This document shows positions 58,352 through 64,000 of a DNA stretch of 64,000 bases, piece by piece. The DNA lies in contig LPNZ01003549.1 in assembly GCA_001655205.1 (NCBI GenBank), positions 1 through 64,000 of the forward strand, in the 5' to 3' direction. Below the pieces are notes generated by a model. That model made no database searches. It was not told where the DNA came from and saw nothing but the letters and a program-made list of their open reading frames with translations. This DNA is from Lenisia limosa (Eukaryota; Protista; Breviatea). The position numbers and the translations under genes were made by a program. Every line of letters starts with the position of its first letter. Positions within the stretch are counted from its first letter, which is position 1.

Positions 58352-61032
58352 ATGTTTTCGCAGGGTTCAGTTCAGGTATTCAACACCTTCATTAAATATA
58401 TTATACTGTATATATTTATTGATTGAAATAATAAGGAGGTTTATTTGTTAAAGCAGTCCAAGTAACTATGCTCCCAGATCTTGTCTCATCAGCTCTCTCC
58501 TTGATTATTTTGGAGAATTATGCTGCTGCTTCACGTCTTTTAACAGAGGTATACCGTTTAACTCTCAAAGCGTTTTTGATCTTACATTTAGGCTCTTGTT
58601 GTTTCTCATGGACTTCGAGGATTCATTCTTTCCCATCGCTCCAACAGCCGTCGTCTTTCCGGTGATATCGAGGGAAGCCTTGCTGACGCCAATGAGAGTC
58701 TTGCCATCAAACCAACTGCTTTTGCTTATTACATGAATGGGTATGTTGTCTGTCTGAGCTAATTACCTAGCCTTTCACTTTTTAGCATGGGTAGCTTCCA
58801 AGAGGCTCTGTCTGTCTTTGAAAATGTAGAAGTAGGCTTTGAAGAACAACTATCAACACTTTTAAATCACGTTACCCTGACTATGAAGGTAGCAGAGCCA
58901 TCAGAGGACCATAGTTCAGGGCTTTACAAGAACTACAATATGATGTAAGTTTGTTATTTTGAGTTTATGCACCAGTGAGGATGAAGCTATCATTTTGTCA
59001 GCCAAAAGATGGATCATGAAGTGCCGTGTGGAGCTTGGTAGGGTAATAAAAAAATATAATGGTTGTAGAATTAGATGAACAAGTTACCCGATCTGCAAAC
59101 GAGTCCGTAATTAATGAGGTTTGTCATCCCTTTAAGGATCTTATTGAAGACATTATCAAAGTATTAAAATAAAATAGAATCTAAAGGATAAACGGTAACA
59201 CACCGTTTATTTCAAGATTGAAATTACTCTTTCCAGAACTATTTCAAATAAAACATCCTTTGATGGTACTGGGGTTATTTCTTTAGAAAACCCAGAAGGT
59301 TGTTGAAGAAGCTGCTGAGAGAATCAAACAACAAGAACCAGAAGCCCCAAGGTAGGTAGAAATTAAAGTCCAGTCAACCTTTAGGAGTAGTGGAGGTGCT
59401 ATCAAACAGCGCGTTGACAAATACTCGTTTGAGGGTTTTGGATGGTAATTCATGGAATTGCAATTTTATTTATAGTATTATAATATCATATTGTACATGT
59501 GCATGTGAGTGTTTAACCAAACAGGAGGGACTTCTATCAGACATCAAGCCACGTCACTATCGCCATCTATATTAAGGGAATTGAAAGTGACGGATCAACT
59601 ATCGAGTTCGATAACAATGAGGTATGTTAGCGTAGTGATCTTCATCTCTTCACTTTAGATGTCTGTTGATCTGCAACTTCCGAACGGTTCTCGTTATATG
59701 ATGGAAGTAGACTTGGCTGGACCTATCATTCCCTTTGAATCGAAGGTGAGTCTGAACGGAAAATGATTGAAGTCAAATAACAGTTTTATGTGATGGCATT
59801 ATTCCATAGTCATCAAGCTTCAGTTTTTTTCCTCGTTTATTCTTTCAGTATACAATTTCTGCGTCAAAGATTGAAATCGTTTTGAAAAAGGCCGATTCAA
59901 GGAAGTGGAAAGCACTGGAGAGAAGTGAGGCCGACCAAAGTTGGAATACTCAACATGAAACAAGTTTTAACAGTTTAGTTGCTGAGCAGAAGCCATCATA
60001 CCCTTCTTCATGTAGGTTTTAGAATTTGTGATTATATGGTTCAGTCCTTTTTTTTATTTTTTTGAAAAAAAAACAAATTGCGTAAATCTGGAATGTGACT
60101 ATCTGAGGCGCTAAGAGGCCAAATATAGACAATATGGCTGTATTGGTTTTGCATCAAACACAAAAAAGGTGAAAAAAGAGCAAACCCCCAAAAACTTCAA
60201 AAATTGGAACATGGAAATAACCTTTTCCATATAAATTACTGTATTTTTACTATAAGAAAAGCCCAACGCCGTGACTCAGGTGTTTTCCATTCAAATTCCC
60301 CCTCGTTTTTTCCCACAAGGTTGTCTTCCTTTTGTTACATGGAGTTTTCTTTTGAGCAAAACATTCGTTCGCTTCACAAAGTGTTTTCCGGCCAGAAAGC
60401 TCCATGTAAAAAGAAAAGAAAACCACTCCCAGGAAAAGGGGTTGGGGTTTTCTTCTTGTAAAACTACCCTGTGGAATTATTCCGAAGAGTCATTTAGATT
60501 GCCATATTTACTTATTTTTCATGGTTGGACTGTTTATTTATGAAAAAATACCTTGTGGAATTATCCTGAAGGGTCATTTTAATTGCCCAATTTTTCAAAA
60601 TAAAAAGAAAAGGACTGAACCACCTTTAGTCTAATCATGTAGCGAAGAACAAGAAGGATTGGGCAAAAGTGAATAAAGAGTCAGAGGAGGCAACGAAAGG
60701 TGATGATGAAGGTGATGAGCTTAATGCCCTCTTGAAGGTATATATAATACATGTACACGTAGTGTATATGTACCAGGTGCTGGTTTCTAAAGTAATGCGT
60801 TCAGGGTATCTACAGCAATGCTACCGAAGAAACCAGAAGAGCAATGAATAAATCATTTGTAAGCTGTTATTTAACTGAATGAGTTATTTTATGGTGTAGT
60901 CCGAGTCAGGCGGAACAGTGTTGTCCACAAGTTGGAAAGATGTCGGGTATAAGAACATTGACCCCACACCGCCAGAAGGTTTGTTGAATCCTTTCTTTTC
61001 ACCATATAGGAATGGAGGCAGTCAAGTACTAG
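58352..61032 (+). CDS. SGT1: Hsp90 co-chaperone SGT1 (TPR-CS-SGS)
   Basis: TPR EALADANESLAIKPT..AYY; CS TIAIYIKG..SVDLQLPNGSRY...DLAGPI...SKIEIVLKK...WKALE; SGS YPSS..KKDWAKV...[38 protein letters not shown]...PPEGME. Confidence 0.95.
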
Positions 61033-61154
61033 GAACTAATGGGGTTTTTTTTTCCTAAATGTATCATATTAGGTAACGTTTAGTCACATATTTATTCAAT
61101 AACTCAATCGCATTTGCATATGATATTTCCGATATCAATATCAATATGTATTCA

Positions 61155-63780
61155 TTAAGAATAATAACAACAATGATACAGACGCAAATCCTCTATCACA
61201 CTCTACAATCCCTTCAAAGAGCAGATAACCAAAAATCATGTGACCTCTGGTTCATCTTTCGGGGACAAGCCAAACAAATATCTAAACGTCTTGGTTCTTG
61301 CCACAAATGCAAGAGAAAGACTGAGAACTGACGTTGCTGTGAAGTAGATTTGAAGTAACTGTGCATCAGTCTTGTATTATGAAAGTAACCTACCGAAGGG
61401 AATTTGGCTGTGATTGGAATGGACAGAAAGGCAAGGTATGATAATGTATGAGCAAGCTGCGGGGACGTTTTTTTCTAAAGTCATAATTTAAACCTCTATG
61501 ATACTATCGAAAGTGATGCAACCCATTATTTCGTGCTCACAAGTGCTGATCGAATGCCCAATGCCATTGACACTGCAGATATTGAGGGAAGTAGCATTAA
61601 AGGGTCTGGGTCAGACAGGTTAGCGAGATGCCCAAATGACTCTGATGACAGGAGCGCTGAATGTAAATTAAGCAGAAAGATATAACTTACCAGTAGACTC
61701 GGTAGAATTATCCAACTAAATCGTGAGAATAATGAAAAGAGTAAAATTACAATCATATCATATGATATCGATAATATTAGTACATCATATGATATGTAAA
61801 CATACAGGCAACAGTCCTTCAAGTCCTTTTGGAAGAAAAGTTGAAGATAAGCTACCTAAGATGTCAATCTTAGCCAACAATAATATTGATCTTACCAAAA
61901 AGGGGTGGATCTGAAGAGAGAATATCCGAAATATCCTCGGCCTAAAAACAGTTAGTCCAAGTGCTTTTACTTTATACTCCTCAACAAAACATGCTACTTT
62001 TCTTAATCAGAAATTTTAAAGACAAAATATATCTTATGTTCTGCAGAAAGGACGCAGTTTTGGTACATTCGCATTGTCATTATTTTACAGAGCCTCCCCC
62101 CCCCTCTATGATTGAATAAAGACAACCACCCACATTAATACCACCTTGCGGGGGTTTCGCGACTGATGATTTTAGAATAGACAACTGTGGTTGATATAGC
62201 GTAGAACTAATAAACCGAAGAGAATTGAAAACTCCAACAAAAATTGGGACTGTAATCATGAGTGATAAAGCTGATCACTTACGCTGTATGAAAGGAGCAA
62301 GCGTTTGGCCAATCATATTAATACCTTTTGAATCCAAAAAATCCTGGGGCTATGACATTCAAAAAAAACTACTAACCGATAGCTCGGTTTGAGCTTCTTG
62401 AAGACACTGTTCATTTCCAGTGGACTTGTATTTCCTGCCAAGTGATTGATATTGAATAAAGTCTCCCAACAATGTTCCTGGGGACAAAGTATTTAGGTAT
62501 TTCCTTCGTTGAGGGTATATGAGCTAATATACTATATTGTCATAGCTAGGGCTTTACTTCGGTTCGAAAAAAGACCGATACAATATCGATAGTTTTCGAG
62601 GATTTATAGAAAAATTCAGTCTTTTTTCGAACCGAAGTGAAGCCCTAATCATAGCCATTCCATTCCCACAGAATTGAAGCGTTAAGTTCGGCTATTTCAG
62701 GTGCAAATTCGGCCATACGGCTGTTAATCCTGAGCTGAACAGTTAATATTACCCCAAAAAAATATATCATCTCATATAATACATGTACAATATCATAAGA
62801 CAATAAAATTAATTTCATCATATAAATAGTAAGTTGAACGTCAACATTTCTCGTGCATACAGTATAGAGATAGATCGGCCAAGTGATGACCTTGACAGCA
62901 AGGGCAGTAGCAATTGCAGTTCCACCCCATGAGAGCCCTGTTGTTACCTGAAGATGACCACCAGAACCAATCAAACCTTAAGAGCTTCCAAGAAAGGTAC
63001 AAGACTTGGGACAGCAGTAGGGGCATGGTAGTTACGAATCTGCGATGACGCACGGAAGATAGAAAAGTTGTTCGTCCTTGAGGCAGTATTAACGTATCTG
63101 GTGAAAGAACAACAACTTCTCAGTACGCTTGGGGCAGAGGGCTGGAGAGGAATAAGCTGAACAATTGCGGATGGCTTAGTTCTTCGTAAGCGTGGAAGAG
63201 AACGTAATCTGTTGGTGATAGATAGCCGAGTATTACGGTGCTTTAGAATAGAAACTACAGATTGATGAAGGTCCTTGTAACGCTGTGTTCGCATCGTTGA
63301 TTGGAATATTGATTTTGAATTGCTCGCTGAACTAAATAAAAAGACTGGTGACTGCCTCAATATCTTAATTGGAGTTCGGATCAATGACACATTCTGTGAA
63401 ACTGCCTCTTTCATTCCAGCCACCAGGTGCCGTACAAGCATTCCGTAAACAAATCGCTGCGAAAGCACGGTAAACGCAAGTTGCTTGAAGATCGAAGTTT
63501 TTACAATGAAGCTTGGCAAGTCAAGCTTCTTCGTCAGTGTTGAAAAAACCGCTTCTTGGAAGGCTGGTGTCTGGATGAGACGATCTGAGAATCGTTGTGG
63601 AGGCTGGGCACGATTGAAGAGATAGTAAATTGAAGCTGAGGGCGTCTCTCTTTGATGGTGATATGGTTTGACAAAAGAAAAGGGGAGGCGTCTTGTTTGT
63701 GTCGAAACCAAAACCTTCTGGATTATGGAGCTTTTAGCTGACATTGATGAGAAGGAGAAGAGAAGCCTTTTTGCACTCAT
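61155..63780 (-). CDS. Oxa1/YidC-family mitochondrial membrane insertase, probably Cox18/Oxa2-like (short mature N- and C-termini), with a very long basic N-terminal extension
   Basis: TTGLSWGGTAIATALAVKVITWPIY, LAPFIQ-VPIFVGVFNSLR, LANLSDPDPLMLLP, PITAKFPS; 269-aa first exon ending QIRNYH. Confidence 0.85.
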
Positions 63781-64000
63781 CTGGAAAAAAATTAGAAGGG
63801 GAAAAAAGCACTGACCTTGGAAAGAAAACTTTTGAGAAGCAAGGGGTTAGCCATCAACTTTATAGAGTTAAAATAATAACTTGTGAGAGTGAATGGTGTC
63901 AGTTAAAATATCCTCCTCCCCCGCTCAATTAGAAGGAGCTGCTGGGCGTATAGAAGGAGAGGAAGAGGCAAGGCAGGGGAGGGGAGGAGGGGGGAGAGGC

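Overview
Eukaryotic, intron-rich nuclear scaffold (about 42% GC by eye, 11 N-gaps). Genes are densely packed on both strands and broken by very short GT-AG introns, many 25-35 nt and often with GTTTGT/GTTGGT donors; this suggests a protist, possibly an amoebozoan (inference). All gene models were spliced by hand, so exon boundaries are approximate. In order: LRR gene fragment, hypothetical secreted/membrane gene, PIGB, a complete telomerase reverse transcriptase (TERT), a WD40 gene, a low-complexity coiled-coil gene, a bacterial-type Sir2, CHD1L/ALC1 with a BRCT-like tail, TRMT61A, an F-box-like gene, a beta-oxidation locus, a 2x(TM bundle + cyclase) adenylyl-cyclase-like gene, tRNA-Gln(CTG), TAF5, RAD23, SGT1 and an Oxa1/Cox18-family insertase. 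Strongest hit: the enoyl-CoA hydratase/3-hydroxyacyl-CoA dehydrogenase (MFP) frame splices in-frame, via two canonical 30-31 nt introns, straight into a 3-ketoacyl-CoA thiolase, predicting a single-chain trifunctional beta-oxidation enzyme. Other leads: a catalytically degenerate cyclase with a roughly 500-aa TPKS/SPxR-rich tail, a TERT with a palm insertion, two dispersed structured repeat families that sit in long introns, recurrent 24-49 nt tandem duplications at splice junctions, and a tRNA-like Pol III element. No databases were consulted; all novelty statements need a search.
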